Shown: positions 1 through 10,381, counted from the stretch's first letter. The stretch is DNA of 64,000 bases from Sedimentisphaerales bacterium (GCA_963663965.2 CAXXFK010000028.1:352001-416000); one strand, 5' to 3'. Translations and numbers: made by a program. The notes: generated from the sequence alone by a model not told the origin.

Positions 1-2
1 AT

Positions 3-1259
3 AACCAGATTTATACCGTCCGTCCAGGCCATCATGCCTACAGCACCTTTTCCGGTTGGGATACCTACCGGACACAGGCCCAGCTTTGGGGACTCCTCTA
101 TCCTCAAGCCGCCGGCGATCTCTGCCAGACGTTTCTGGAAACTTCGCGTCAAACCCAGTTCAAAGGCGGTGGCGGATTGCCTTTGTGGAGTATGTTTAAT
201 GATGAAACCATGATTATGTCCGGTTATCCGGCGGCCCCGTTTATTGCCAGTGCCTGGGCGTTTGGGGCCAGGGATTTTGATGTCGAATCTCTGACTCATG
301 TCATGGTTGATTCAGCCACTCACAATCGATTCTGGGGTCGGAACAATCATGTTTCATGGCAGCATCTTGAAGATTATATGCAGTATGGCTATTACCCGGA
401 TAATTGCGGGATCGCCCATGCGATTTCACAAAATGTCGAATACGCCGTGGCGGATTTTGCCATTGCCCGGATGTGTGAAGCCATTGGTGATGATAAAAAC
501 AGGCAATACTTTCTCCAGCGGTCCCAAAGTATCTTTCAATTGATGCATCCAGACCGGAAATACCTGTGGGCACGCATGAAAGATGGTTCTTGGAAACAGG
601 ATTTTGATCCATTTACCAGCGCCGGATGTCAGGAAGGCACCTCAACTCATTATACCTGGGGGATTCCCCACAATCTCAATCGGCTCATTGATGAGATGGG
701 TGGCAAGCGTGTCGCTGAAGAGCGGCTTGACCAGCTCATGTCAAAAATTGCACTGGGGTATGACTACGGAAATCCATATTATCTGGCCGGCAATGAGCCT
801 TGTTTTGGTATTGTGCCGGTATATAACTGGATAGGATCTCCATGGAAAGCTCAGATGCAGATGCGGCGTGTTATGAACGCTTCTTTTTCAAACAAACCCA
901 CCGGGATTCCCGGTGATGATGACAGTGGAGCCATGTCCGCCTGGTATGTCTTTGCCGCGCTTGGCCTCTATCCTGAAATACCGGGGGTTGGGGGGTTCGC
1001 TGTTACTGGACCGCTTTTTCCTGAAATAAGGTTGAACTTGCCCGCAGATCGGCAAGTCGTTATTCAGGCGGAAAATGCTGGTCAGGCTACCCCATATATT
1101 CAGGAAATACGCCTCAACGGTAGTGATTGCCAGAAAACCTGGCTTACCTTGGAAGAATTATCCCGGCAACCCAAAACGATAATCAGCTTGACGATGTCTT
1201 CCACCCCAAATCTTTCCTGGGGTAAAGATTATCAGATTCCATCTTATTCTCCGAAATAA
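3..1259 (+). CDS. GH92 family alpha-1,2-mannosidase, 5'-partial
   Basis: Frame is open from position 3 (…YSTFSGWDTYR…). Contains GH92-type motifs QEGT, GNEP and PGDDDSGAMSAWYVF. Confidence 0.9.
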   Translation, partial: NQIYTVRPGHHAYSTFSGWDTYRTQAQLWGLLYPQAAGDLCQTFLETSRQTQFKGGGGLPLWSMFNDETMIMSGYPAAPFIASAWAFGARDFDVESLTHVMVDSATHNRFWGRNNHVSWQHLEDYMQYGYYPDNCGIAHAISQNVEYAVADFAIARMCEAIGDDKNRQYFLQRSQSIFQLMHPDRKYLWARMKDGSWKQDFDPFTSAGCQEGTSTHYTWGIPHNLNRLIDEMGGKRVAEERLDQLMSKIALGYDYGNPYYLAGNEPCFGIVPVYNWIGSPWKAQMQMRRVMNASFSNKPTGIPGDDDSGAMSAWYVFAALGLYPEIPGVGGFAVTGPLFPEIRLNLPADRQVVIQAENAGQATPYIQEIRLNGSDCQKTWLTLEELSRQPKTIISLTMSSTPNLSWGKDYQIPSYSPK

Positions 1260-1341
1260 GCTGTTTAAGCATTATATCAATTGAAACCATAATCTGTTGA
1301 TGGTGGGCTAGACACCCCCAATGGATTAGAATATTTGCTTG

Positions 1342-1375
1342 GGGCTGGTGTCGCATAAGACAAACAGCCCTTTTT
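1342..1375 (+). terminator. Intrinsic terminator after the GH92 gene
   Basis: GGGCTG..TGTC/GACA..CAGCCC stem followed by TTTTT. Confidence 0.6.
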
Positions 1376-1397
1376 CACTACTATGGTCGCGGGCGTA

Positions 1398-1425
1398 TTG
1401 CCTTTTTGCATCAATTCGTTATAAT
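1398..1425 (+). promoter_or_regulatory. Candidate sigma70 promoter for aroA
   Basis: TTGCCT-N16-TATAAT about 55 nt upstream of the ATG. Confidence 0.45.
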
Positions 1426-1479
1426 AATAAGACTGTATATTATGCGATAAGCCAAAATAATTTATAACTGGTTTTATAT

Positions 1480-2751
1480 ATGAAAGTTAGCGTACAGCCA
1501 TCCACTTTAAATGGTACCGTGGCCATTCCCGGTTCTAAATCTCATACCATTCGTGCCGTAGCCATTGCCTCGCTCGCCGAGGGCCAGAGCCGGATCCATG
1601 CGCCATTGATGTCCGCTGATACCCTTTCCGCAGTAAAAGCTTATCGGGCGTTAGGCGCAACAATCGATTGCGATGAGGTTTGGACCGTTCAGGGTGTGGC
1701 TGGCCAGCCCCGAACGCCCGATAATATTATTGATATTGGCAATTCCGGCACCTCGCTCCGTTTCGCTATTGGCAGCGCCGCTCTCCTGCATGGCGGATCA
1801 GCGGTTTTCACTGGCGATTACCAAATACGCTCCCGCCAGGTCGGCCCACTGCTCAGTAGTTTGAACGATCTTGGCGCTAATTGTTTCAGTACCCGGGGTA
1901 ATGGTGCCGCCCCGGTTGTAATCAGTGGCACGATGCAAGGCGGTGCCACCCAGATCGAAGCCAAAACCAGCCAGTATGTCAGTTCACTGCTGATTAATAC
2001 CCCGTTGGCTCACCGGGATACCGCTATTAAGGTTACTTTGCTGAATGAACAGCCCTATGTCGAAATCACCCTGCGTTACCTGGATGCCCAGGGAATCGAA
2101 TATCGCCATGAAAATTGTCGCTATTTCGAAATCCGCGGTGGCCAGAACTATCGGGGTTGCGATATGACCGTGGCCGCCGATTTTTCATCGGCGACTTTTT
2201 TCCTGGTTGCGGGGGCTGTACTTAATGCTGATCTTCTGCTCACCGGTCTGGATATGACCGATGCCCAGGGTGACAAAGCAGTTGTAAATATGCTCCGTGA
2301 CATGGGCGCGGCTATCGATATCCGGGACGATGGGATAGCCATCCGCCAGAGTGAATTGCATGGTATTGAAATCGATATGAATGCCACGCCCGATGCCCTG
2401 CCTGCCATGGCCGTGGCCGGTTGTTTTGCCCGGGGGGAAACCCGTCTGGTTAATGTCCCTCAGGCCCGGATGAAAGAAACCGATCGCATTGCCGTTATGT
2501 GTAGTGAGCTCAAAAAAATGGGGGCGGATATCGAAGAACTGCCCGATGGCCTGATTATTCGTGAAAGTCAGCTGAAGGCCGCGCCGGTAACCGGCCACGA
2601 TGATCATCGTATTGTCATGTCGTTATGCGTCGCCGGCATGGGAGCGACCGGTCAAACAATCATTGATACGGCCGAAGCGGTCGAAATCACTTTTCCCGAT
2701 TTCTACAAATTTATGCGGCAACTGGGCGGGCAACTGGAGTTGCAGACATGA
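1480..2751 (+). CDS. aroA: 3-phosphoshikimate 1-carboxyvinyltransferase (EPSP synthase)
   Basis: Motifs PGSKS, GNSGTSLRF, TSQYVSSL, RMKETDRI, HDDHRIVM. Confidence 0.97.
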   Translation: MKVSVQPSTLNGTVAIPGSKSHTIRAVAIASLAEGQSRIHAPLMSADTLSAVKAYRALGATIDCDEVWTVQGVAGQPRTPDNIIDIGNSGTSLRFAIGSAALLHGGSAVFTGDYQIRSRQVGPLLSSLNDLGANCFSTRGNGAAPVVISGTMQGGATQIEAKTSQYVSSLLINTPLAHRDTAIKVTLLNEQPYVEITLRYLDAQGIEYRHENCRYFEIRGGQNYRGCDMTVAADFSSATFFLVAGAVLNADLLLTGLDMTDAQGDKAVVNMLRDMGAAIDIRDDGIAIRQSELHGIEIDMNATPDALPAMAVAGCFARGETRLVNVPQARMKETDRIAVMCSELKKMGADIEELPDGLIIRESQLKAAPVTGHDDHRIVMSLCVAGMGATGQTIIDTAEAVEITFPDFYKFMRQLGGQLELQT

Positions 2752-2963
2752 CCGAACTTCCCGATCACGTGAAAGAGGCCGAAGCGGTCCAGCTCGAAAT
2801 TTACCGGCGCATGTCGCCCGGCCAGAAGGTGAAAATTGCTATGGAACTCTACGATTTCGCCTGGAAACTTAAAGCCCAGGCCTTACGCGATCAGCACCCG
2901 GACTGGACCGAGGACCAGGTCCAGGCCGCTACCAGGGAGATATTTCTCTATGCGCGCAGCTGA
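2748..2963 (+). CDS. Small hypothetical protein, putative partner of the downstream nucleotidyltransferase
   Basis: 71 aa (EIYRRMSPGQKVKIAMEL); ATGA overlap with aroA; also overlaps the next ORF. Confidence 0.6.
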   Translation: MTELPDHVKEAEAVQLEIYRRMSPGQKVKIAMELYDFAWKLKAQALRDQHPDWTEDQVQAATREIFLYARS

Positions 2964-3135
2964 TCTGATGTTGTTTATTGAACCGATGCATCGTGCCGGA
3001 TTCGATTATAGGATCACCGGCTCGATTGCCGGGATTATCTATGGTGAACCCAGGTATGCTCATGATCTGGATGAACTCAAAAAAACTATCCCAATTGGAT
3101 TTATTGCCTTATTACGAAAAATGACTGGAATCTAA
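2950..3135 (+). pseudogene. Truncated pol-beta-type nucleotidyltransferase
   Basis: From ATG 2950, ITGSIAGIIYGEPRYAHDLD fits the GS…DxD motif. The ORF ends 20 aa later (61 aa total). Confidence 0.65.
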
Positions 3136-3153
3136 ATAGTAAGGAGCTTTTTC

Positions 3154-4497
3154 ATGTTTGGATGTCATGTAGGACGTTTGTTTCAGGTGACCGTCGCCGG
3201 CGGTTCCTATCAGGATGGATTGAATGCCGTATTGCAGGGAGTGCCCACCGGCCTGCCCCTGAGCGAGCAGGAAATCTATGGCGATCTGCTGCTGCGTAAG
3301 CCGGGCGCGGATGAATTGTCATCACCGCGGAAAGAGCCCGATCTGCCCGTTATTTACACGGGTATCAACGCCGCCGATACGGTCGAAGACGCCGGCAATA
3401 AAGGACTCACCAACGGTTCCCCACTGTCGATCCTGATCCCTAACCTTGACCGTCACTTTATTCATATCAAGCAATATCAGGATACGAACCGTACCCCGCG
3501 CCCCGGCCACGCGTCCTACGCGTCTTTCATGAAATACGGCCCTTGTGATGATGCCATTGGCGCCGGCATTTTCAGTGGACGCTACACCTCCACGATTGTT
3601 GCCGCCGGCTTCGTCGCCAAAAAAGTCCTCGCCCGGTTGGGGATTCGCGTTTGTTCCTATATCAAGGAAATCGCCGGGGTTGCCTGCCCCGAGATGGATA
3701 GCGAAAAGATTTTCGCTTTTACTGAAAAATACAAACAGATGCGCTGGGACCTCGATCCGTTTTACCAGGAACTCTACGTCAAGGAACGCTTGCACATGGA
3801 CATGCGCTTTCTTGAAAAAATCGCTGTTCTACAGGAAGTAGAGGGCCAGATCGACGCCATTCGCAATATGGCGCCCCAGATGACCCCGGCAGAAATCAAA
3901 GCCAGATACGGTGTCCATAATGTGGTCTGTTGCCCGGATATGGTCGCGGCTGACGCCATGGTCGAGGCCTGCAGCAGGATTACCCAGACCGGTGACTCCT
4001 CCGGTGGAATCGTTGAGGTTGTTGCCATGGGGGTTCCCGCCGGACTCGGCGAACCGGTCTTTGACAAACTGGACGCTGAACTGGGACGAATGCTCGGTAT
4101 CGGCGCGGTTAAAGGTGTCGAAGTGGGCGCCGGCTTCAAAGTCAAAGATATGACCGGTTTCGTAAGCAATGATAAAATGCGCAATGTCGATGGCAAGGTG
4201 GTCTTCGACAGCAATAACGCCGGCGGCATCACCGGCGGCCTGACCACCGGTCAGGATATTGTCGTTCGCCTTGCCGTCAAACCCACACCCACGATCGACC
4301 GGCCCCAGCATACGATTGATAAATATACCCTGGAAAATACCGATCTGGCCGCCATTACCCGTCGGGATCCCACCATTGTCGGACGCATCTGGCCGGTCGC
4401 CGAAAACTATACCGCCATGGCGCTCCTCGATCATCTTACCATGCATTATGGCTATCAGCAGCTCTGTAGCCTGGTGGATGGCACTCGTAAAAAATAA
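3154..4497 (+). CDS. aroC: Chorismate synthase, divergent, with internal insertion
   Basis: PRPGHA, GDSSGG, GLGEPVFDKLDA, AVKGVEVG, NNAGGITGG, VKPTPTI; next to aroA. Confidence 0.88.
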   Translation: MFGCHVGRLFQVTVAGGSYQDGLNAVLQGVPTGLPLSEQEIYGDLLLRKPGADELSSPRKEPDLPVIYTGINAADTVEDAGNKGLTNGSPLSILIPNLDRHFIHIKQYQDTNRTPRPGHASYASFMKYGPCDDAIGAGIFSGRYTSTIVAAGFVAKKVLARLGIRVCSYIKEIAGVACPEMDSEKIFAFTEKYKQMRWDLDPFYQELYVKERLHMDMRFLEKIAVLQEVEGQIDAIRNMAPQMTPAEIKARYGVHNVVCCPDMVAADAMVEACSRITQTGDSSGGIVEVVAMGVPAGLGEPVFDKLDAELGRMLGIGAVKGVEVGAGFKVKDMTGFVSNDKMRNVDGKVVFDSNNAGGITGGLTTGQDIVVRLAVKPTPTIDRPQHTIDKYTLENTDLAAITRRDPTIVGRIWPVAENYTAMALLDHLTMHYGYQQLCSLVDGTRKK

Positions 4498-4514
4498 TCC
4501 AATCATTTAAGGGG

Positions 4515-4544
4515 CAGGGCGTTCTTAGCGACGCCCTGTTTTTT
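4515..4544 (+). terminator. Intrinsic terminator after aroC
   Basis: CAGGGCGT/ACGCCCTG stem followed by TTTTTT. Confidence 0.7.
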
Positions 4545-4549
4545 CAGGT

Positions 4550-4921
4550 ATGCAGACCGTTGCAATTGTAGGCGCAAGCGAAAAGCCGGATCGATATGCG
4601 CATCTGTGCCAGCAGGCTTTGATGCAAAGGCAATATACGATATTTCCCGTTTCACAACATGGCCGATCCATCATGGAGGTTAAAGGATATCGTAGCCTTT
4701 TGGAAATTGGCCAGCCGATTGATACGGTTACGGTTTATCTCAATCCAATGGCTGGCGAACGTGTTCTGGATGATATCATTGCGGTCCGGCCCGGCCGTGT
4801 CATTTTTAATCCCGGGACCGAATCTGAATCAATTTTTGAACGCCTCGATCAGGCGGGCATCAGAATAATTACCGCCTGTACCTTGGTTTTGTTAAATACC
4901 GGCCAGTTTGATCGCGCATAA
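4550..4921 (+). CDS. CoA-binding domain protein (YccU-like)
   Basis: VAIVGASEKPDRY, IDTVTVY, VIFNPGTE, ACTLV. Confidence 0.9.
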   Translation: MQTVAIVGASEKPDRYAHLCQQALMQRQYTIFPVSQHGRSIMEVKGYRSLLEIGQPIDTVTVYLNPMAGERVLDDIIAVRPGRVIFNPGTESESIFERLDQAGIRIITACTLVLLNTGQFDRA

Positions 4922-4934
4922 CCGAACCGGCGGG

Positions 4935-5198
4935 TTAGTTTTCGTCCGCCCGTTCGATCTGACTCAGTGCCTGATTGATACAGGCGATAGCATGGTTCGC
5001 CGCTACGATTGCCTTTCTCATCGCTTCGCAACCCTGTCCATAGCGGGTCTTGCCAACTTGTTTCTGAAAAAATTCGCTATCTTCCGGATGACTCAGCCGG
5101 TCATATTCGCTGAGCAGCCGATCACGCAGAGTTTCAGCCTCGTTACGAGCCCTGCGGATCTCGGTGATATCGGTTGTATTCAGAGAGTTCTGTTCCAT
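4935..5198 (-). CDS. Hypothetical coiled-coil protein
   Basis: 87 aa ORF with AGGAAA ribosome-binding site, downstream of the GGDEF gene. Confidence 0.6.
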   Translation of the reverse strand: MEQNSLNTTDITEIRRARNEAETLRDRLLSEYDRLSHPEDSEFFQKQVGKTRYGQGCEAMRKAIVAANHAIACINQALSQIERADEN

Positions 5199-5233
5199 AG
5201 CGTTTCCTGCTGATAGAGCGGTAAACGCTTTAA

Positions 5234-5262
5234 GTATCGGTAAATATTTGGGTTAGAACTTA
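5234..5262 (-). promoter_or_regulatory. Candidate sigma28 promoter
   Basis: Minus strand TAAG-N17-ACCGATAC upstream of ORF 4935-5198. Confidence 0.4.
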
Positions 5263-5284
5263 AAAAAAAAGAATTTTATCCGTT

Positions 5285-6736
5285 TTAGTGATGGGCGATC
5301 ACAATTCGGTTCCGTCCCGACGCCTTCGCGTTAAACAGCGCGCTGTCTGTTTCAGTCATGAATTGCTGGGTATTCTGATGGGTTTCGAACTGGCCAATGC
5401 CAACACTGATCGTCGCGTGCAGTTCTATGTCATCAACTTTGACGATTTCATTAGAAACCATTGCCACCAGACGTTCAGCCACATAAGAAGCGTCCGCCAG
5501 GCTGGTATTGGGTAAAATGATGGCGAATTCGTCGCCGCCATACCGGGCCGCGATATCAATATTTCGGATACATTCGGTGATTTTGTGGGCCACATGCATT
5601 AAAACCGCGTCACCGGCTCGATGGCCATACTGGTCGTTGATTTGCTTTAAATTATCCAGGTCAATCATGATCAATGATAGATAATTGCCGTAACGACGCG
5701 CCCGGCGAATTTCTTTGTCCAGAGCCTGATAAAAGGTCTGATGGTTTAAAAGGTTCGTCATGCTGTCCGTTTGGGCTTTATGTTGAACCTCTTCATACAA
5801 TTCGATATTGGACATGGCGGACCCAATGATCTCACAGAGTAGTCTGACCGGCGGCAGGTCGTTAATTTCATCAAAACAGGGCGCGCCCGTCTTGTCAGCC
5901 AGATTGATAATCCCCAGGACTTTATCACCACTCAGCAGGGGGGCGATCAGGCAACTGTTGGATTTGTAATTTTGCGAATAACTGAGTGATGGCTTTTCGC
6001 TCTCTTTCAAATCGTCCAGATTCTGAATAAGCATCATTTTCTTCTCTTTAGTGGTAATGGCCATAAGAGAATCCGGATTCTGATTCAGGTCGATGACGCG
6101 GGATATCTTGTAGGGGTGATTATGCCTTAATAGACGCAACGAGTGTTGCGCTTCATCGTAAGTATAAAGAGAGGCAAAGCGGGCGGCGATTAAGCCGGGT
6201 ATCTTCTTGATACATACCGAGGCGATTTTTTCCATGTCCAGGCAATTGATCTGGCGTGATAACTGGGAGATGATATTAATTTTATCGATGACCTGTTCCC
6301 GTTGTTGCAGGTTGGTATCGATATGATGGATCTGGTTGGTCAGGGTACAGATCTTTTTGTTGAGATTGTGTAATTCGTCCGTTGGAGCGGATTGGCTTGT
6401 GCTGAGCAATCTGCGATAATAAGCGATCTTGTGACTCAGATAGTCCGCGTCAGGATACTTAACCAGGATGTCATCAAAATATCGGTGATTGGAAATGTCA
6501 GCATGGGGCAGATCCCGGGTTTCGATAAGCAGGATTTTGAGACACGAGGCACACTTCTGACAGACTGACAAGTGTTCGGTGTCCGTTTGAGAAAGGGGAT
6601 AATCATAAAAGAAAATGGTTTCTCCAGGCGAACGTTCACTCGCTGGCAGTGGTTCCATGTCTGAGTTTTTATGATAGAGCTCATTTAGAACAGCCAGAAG
6701 TTGCTCATCTCTGCCGTTATAACTGACATTCAGCAT
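5285..6736 (-). CDS. GAF-GGDEF diguanylate cyclase
   Basis: GAF motif (CLIAPL..GDKVLGIINL), DLDNLKQINDQYGH, RNID I-site, RYGGDEF. Confidence 0.93.
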   Translation of the reverse strand: MLNVSYNGRDEQLLAVLNELYHKNSDMEPLPASERSPGETIFFYDYPLSQTDTEHLSVCQKCASCLKILLIETRDLPHADISNHRYFDDILVKYPDADYLSHKIAYYRRLLSTSQSAPTDELHNLNKKICTLTNQIHHIDTNLQQREQVIDKINIISQLSRQINCLDMEKIASVCIKKIPGLIAARFASLYTYDEAQHSLRLLRHNHPYKISRVIDLNQNPDSLMAITTKEKKMMLIQNLDDLKESEKPSLSYSQNYKSNSCLIAPLLSGDKVLGIINLADKTGAPCFDEINDLPPVRLLCEIIGSAMSNIELYEEVQHKAQTDSMTNLLNHQTFYQALDKEIRRARRYGNYLSLIMIDLDNLKQINDQYGHRAGDAVLMHVAHKITECIRNIDIAARYGGDEFAIILPNTSLADASYVAERLVAMVSNEIVKVDDIELHATISVGIGQFETHQNTQQFMTETDSALFNAKASGRNRIVIAHH

Positions 6737-6807
6737 GTAATCAGATTCTCCATTTCACCTAAGTCCTTTGTTTTAATAATGATAGTGTTTTTTCTGCTTA
6801 ATAGGGA

Positions 6808-6835
6808 ATATCGGTATTTTGCCATAGGAAATCTA
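6808..6835 (-). promoter_or_regulatory. Candidate sigma28 promoter for the GGDEF gene
   Basis: Minus strand TAGA-N16-ACCGATAT. Confidence 0.5.
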
Positions 6836-6887
6836 GAAAAATAGCAAAAAATTAAAGATTCCTGTTGACTGTGAATAAGTTATGTTA

Positions 6888-6908
6888 TATTTTACAAAAT
6901 GTAAAATA
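6888..6908. promoter_or_regulatory. Palindromic operator candidate
   Basis: Perfect inverted repeat TATTTTACA-AAA-TGTAAAATA, just downstream of TTGACT (6865). Confidence 0.5.
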
Positions 6909-6958
6909 CATTCTGGTAAAAATGGTGTTAATCGTTTTTGTTTTAGAGACTAAGATCA

Positions 6959-7234
6959 ATGAATAGTATTGCTGAACGATTGCGGGATAATCCCCCCGTT
7001 AAACAATATCGTATTGGTGAAGTTGCTCGCTTCAGTGGGCTGTCCAGACAGACCGTCCATAATTATACTGTTATGGGATTAATCAGTGAAAGCGAATGGA
7101 CCGAAGGGGGGCATCGTCTCTATCCTGAATCTGTTTTCGAAAGATTAGCCCGGATTGATGAACTTAAAAATACCAAGTCCTTGCGTGAAATTATGGGGAT
7201 TATGGCCCAGGAACCACACGTAATGACAGGATAA
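6959..7234 (+). CDS. Stand-alone MerR-type HTH regulator
   Basis: YRIGEVARFSGLSRQTVHNY..MGLI…GGHRLY. Confidence 0.88.
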   Translation: MNSIAERLRDNPPVKQYRIGEVARFSGLSRQTVHNYTVMGLISESEWTEGGHRLYPESVFERLARIDELKNTKSLREIMGIMAQEPHVMTG

Positions 7235-7405
7235 ATAATCAATTATCACATAACCCAGTTAAGGTAGTCATGGATGTAACTATCTCCGATCATTCATGTT
7301 GTATTCATTCTTCGTTTGACCCAACGTAAAACATTTGAAGTGATCGAATTTGCAATAGTTTCTGTTCAAAAGGCAGAAACGCCGCCAGTGTGGCAACCAT
7401 AGGAT

Positions 7406-9854
7406 ATGGATCAAAATTCGCCGAATCAAAATCTGACTTTCAGGCAAGCAATGGCAGACAAATGGCAAAAGCCGGTATTTGTCCTGTCCTTGATTTGTTT
7501 TATTGGCGTTGTGGTCATGATGCGACCTGAAGGGCCGCCCAAAAAGACCTTCGAAGATAAATATCAGGAGTTGAGAGACATTGCTCTGGCCGGGGAATAT
7601 GACACCTTCTATTCTGAAGCGGAAGCATTGCGTCAGGAAGCTCAGACAGAACAGCAGGTGGGACGTTTGCATGGTTTGGCCGCGGAAACCAGAGTCCGTG
7701 AATTGATCAAACGTCGTGAAATCGGTCTTGGCAGCAATGTGATCCAAAGTGCTCCCAATAATTATCAAATGATTATCGACGGGTATGGCGAGGCTTTTAA
7801 GACCGGGGTAATTGATCCGAATTCCAATGGGGCCAGTCAGGCGTTTCGGGATGTTGGCATGGCGTTTTGGGGATTGAATGAGCGGGATCGGGCGATCAAA
7901 TCGTTGCGGCTGGCAATTGAAGCCCGCACAGAATTTGATGTCGGTTTGCATAAGGACCTGGTGACGATGTATTTGACGGCCCAACCGGAAAATTATCTGG
8001 ATCAGTGTCTGATGGAGCTTGAAAAAATTCTGGTGAATCCGGATTCCCCCGTTGCGGATCAGGCGTGGGCCCTGGTTCGGAAATCTCAGGTCCTGATTGC
8101 CCAGAATCAGGAAGAACGAGCCTTGCAGTTGCTGGAGTCGGCGGACAAATCTTTTGCCGATACTCCCAGTGGCGAAGAAATCGATTTGATGCGAGGTCGG
8201 GCGTTGCGGCATGCCGGACGGCCGGATGAGGCGGAATTGGTTTTGCGGCAATTATTTGAACGTATGCAGGATCGGGGCGACATCTATGCACAAGTGGCGC
8301 TCGAACTCGGCAAAATCAACTATGAACAATACCGCGATTTCGATGCGTTTGAATTTTATAAGGCGATCTTGCAGACTCAATCAGGCAAAGACTGGTATGT
8401 GGCTGGTCTGCTGGGGGCCGGAGAATGCATGGCTTTACAGAAACGCTATGATGAATCGATTGGTTATTACCGGCGGGCGGTCGACCTGATTAAACGCAAA
8501 CCCATCAATCTGGCGGTGAATTCCGCACAGGTCCAGGCCAGTCTGGCCGAACAGGCCCACATCCTGGGTCTGGTGAAACAATATCGACAGGCGATCGATT
8601 ATCTGGAACTCGAACAGGAACTGGCGGATCCCGATGATATTATTGCGATCTATCGCTTTGCACGCATGCATGCCAGACTGGCGGATCAGTTGCGTCAGCA
8701 ATTGGAGGAGGCCCGCGTGACCGATCCGACCCAGGAGCCCAGCGAAACCGATATCCAGTGGCGGCAACAGCAGGAGGATCTGATGGCTCGTCATTATGAA
8801 ATTGCCGCGGATCATTATATGATCGTTTCACAGAAAGTTTCTGGCGATAAGACCCTGTTCAGCGATTCATTGTGGTTTGCCGCGGAATGTTATGATAATG
8901 CCGGTAACGCCGAAAAAGCGATCGAAACCTGGAAAACCTATGTCAATCAGCATGAAGGCGATCCGCAATGGCCCCTGGCTCTGAAAAACCTGGCCCAGTC
9001 TTTTCAGTCCCTGGCCATGTTCCCCGAAGCCTTGCATTATTATGGCTTGTTGCACGACAAGCATCCCAATTCGCCCGCGGCTCTCGATTCTGTGATTCCC
9101 ATGGCGCGTTGCTACACCCTGCTGCCCGAACCGCAACTCGAGAAGGCGCAGGCCCTGCTGTTATCCGTCTTGTCCAACCGAGCCCTGACCCCTGAAGCGG
9201 TCTATTTCCGCGATGCGGTCTTTGAACTGGGGGAACTGTATTATAAGCAGGGAGAATACAAAAAGGCGATCGGTTATCTGACCGAGGCGATCGATCGTTA
9301 TCCTAAAGACAGTTCACTGGGCAAGTGTATGTTCCTGGTGGGCGATTCCTACAAAAAAAAACGCTCAGGCGCTGGATGACTCGATTCAAAAAATGATTCA
9401 GGATGGCGGCGATCAGATCTCACGTGAAAATCTGGAACGTTTGCGGGTTGATATGCTCGCGCGGGCGGAAAATTATTTCCGGTTGGCCATGAATTTTTAT
9501 GAAAATCTGGCCCCGGCCAATTTTACGGATTTGGATGAATTGTATTTGCGACATAGTTGTATGAGTCGTGCCGATTGCCTCTTCGAAATGGGACAATTCG
9601 ACAAAGCCGTTCTGGTGTATGAAGACGTGGCCATGCGTTATCAGTTGACCCCTACGGCGCTGATGGCGTTTATGCAGGTGATGAATTGTCACCTGAAAAT
9701 GGACCGGCCCGACGAAGCCCGTTCGGCCAACCGGCGTGCCTTGTGGCAATTATCAAAAATGCCCGATGACGTGCTGGCTTCCAATTCCTGGACTATGAAC
9801 CGTCAGCAATGGCAGGAATGGTTTGCCTGGACGGATGGCGCTGGCATGTGGTAG
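7406..9854 (+). pseudogene. Membrane-anchored TPR protein (~815 aa), split by a frameshift at an A9 tract
   Basis: N-terminal TM helix and TPR-like repeats in both ORFs (7406-9379 and 9393-9854). Removing one A at 9353-9361 fuses them (…DSYKKNAQALDDSIQKMIQD…). Confidence 0.8.
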
Positions 9855-9876
9855 GGATATTTTGAAAGGACCCAAA

Positions 9877-10347
9877 ATGAGTATGACAACCCAGGCGATG
9901 GAATGCGGCGATCAGTTGATCGAATTATTGACGCGTCAGCGCGCGTTGTATGGTCAATTACGCGATCTGACGAAACGTCAGACCGAAATGATCGACAATA
10001 CCAATCCCCAGATGCTGCTGAAAATTCTGGCGGATCGACAGCGTTTGATAGATAAATTGACCCTGATCAGCCGTGAACTGGCTCCAATTCGCGCCCAATG
10101 GAATCAGATTTCTGAGAATTTATCCGACTCCCAGCGCGATGATGTCCAGCGCCTGATCGATGAAACTCAGGATCTGCTGGGCGAGATCATGAGCCGGGAC
10201 CGGGAAGATGTGGAAAAACTGGGGAAATCCCGCAATGAAGTCACGCGCGAAATCCGGTCTGTCCAGGTAGGACGACATGTCAATAATGCCTATGCCCGTA
10301 ATAGCAGACCGGTTCAACCCAGATCCTTTGATGTTGCCGGCCAGTAA
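9877..10347 (+). CDS. flgN: FlgN-like flagellar export chaperone
   Basis: Helical 156 aa protein (LIELLTRQRALYGQLRDL…KILADRQRLI) with GAAAGGA RBS, in flagellar context. Confidence 0.65.
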   Translation: MSMTTQAMECGDQLIELLTRQRALYGQLRDLTKRQTEMIDNTNPQMLLKILADRQRLIDKLTLISRELAPIRAQWNQISENLSDSQRDDVQRLIDETQDLLGEIMSRDREDVEKLGKSRNEVTREIRSVQVGRHVNNAYARNSRPVQPRSFDVAGQ

Positions 10348-10381
10348 AGGCCCGGCCCGAATATTTGTCACGAGTACACCA

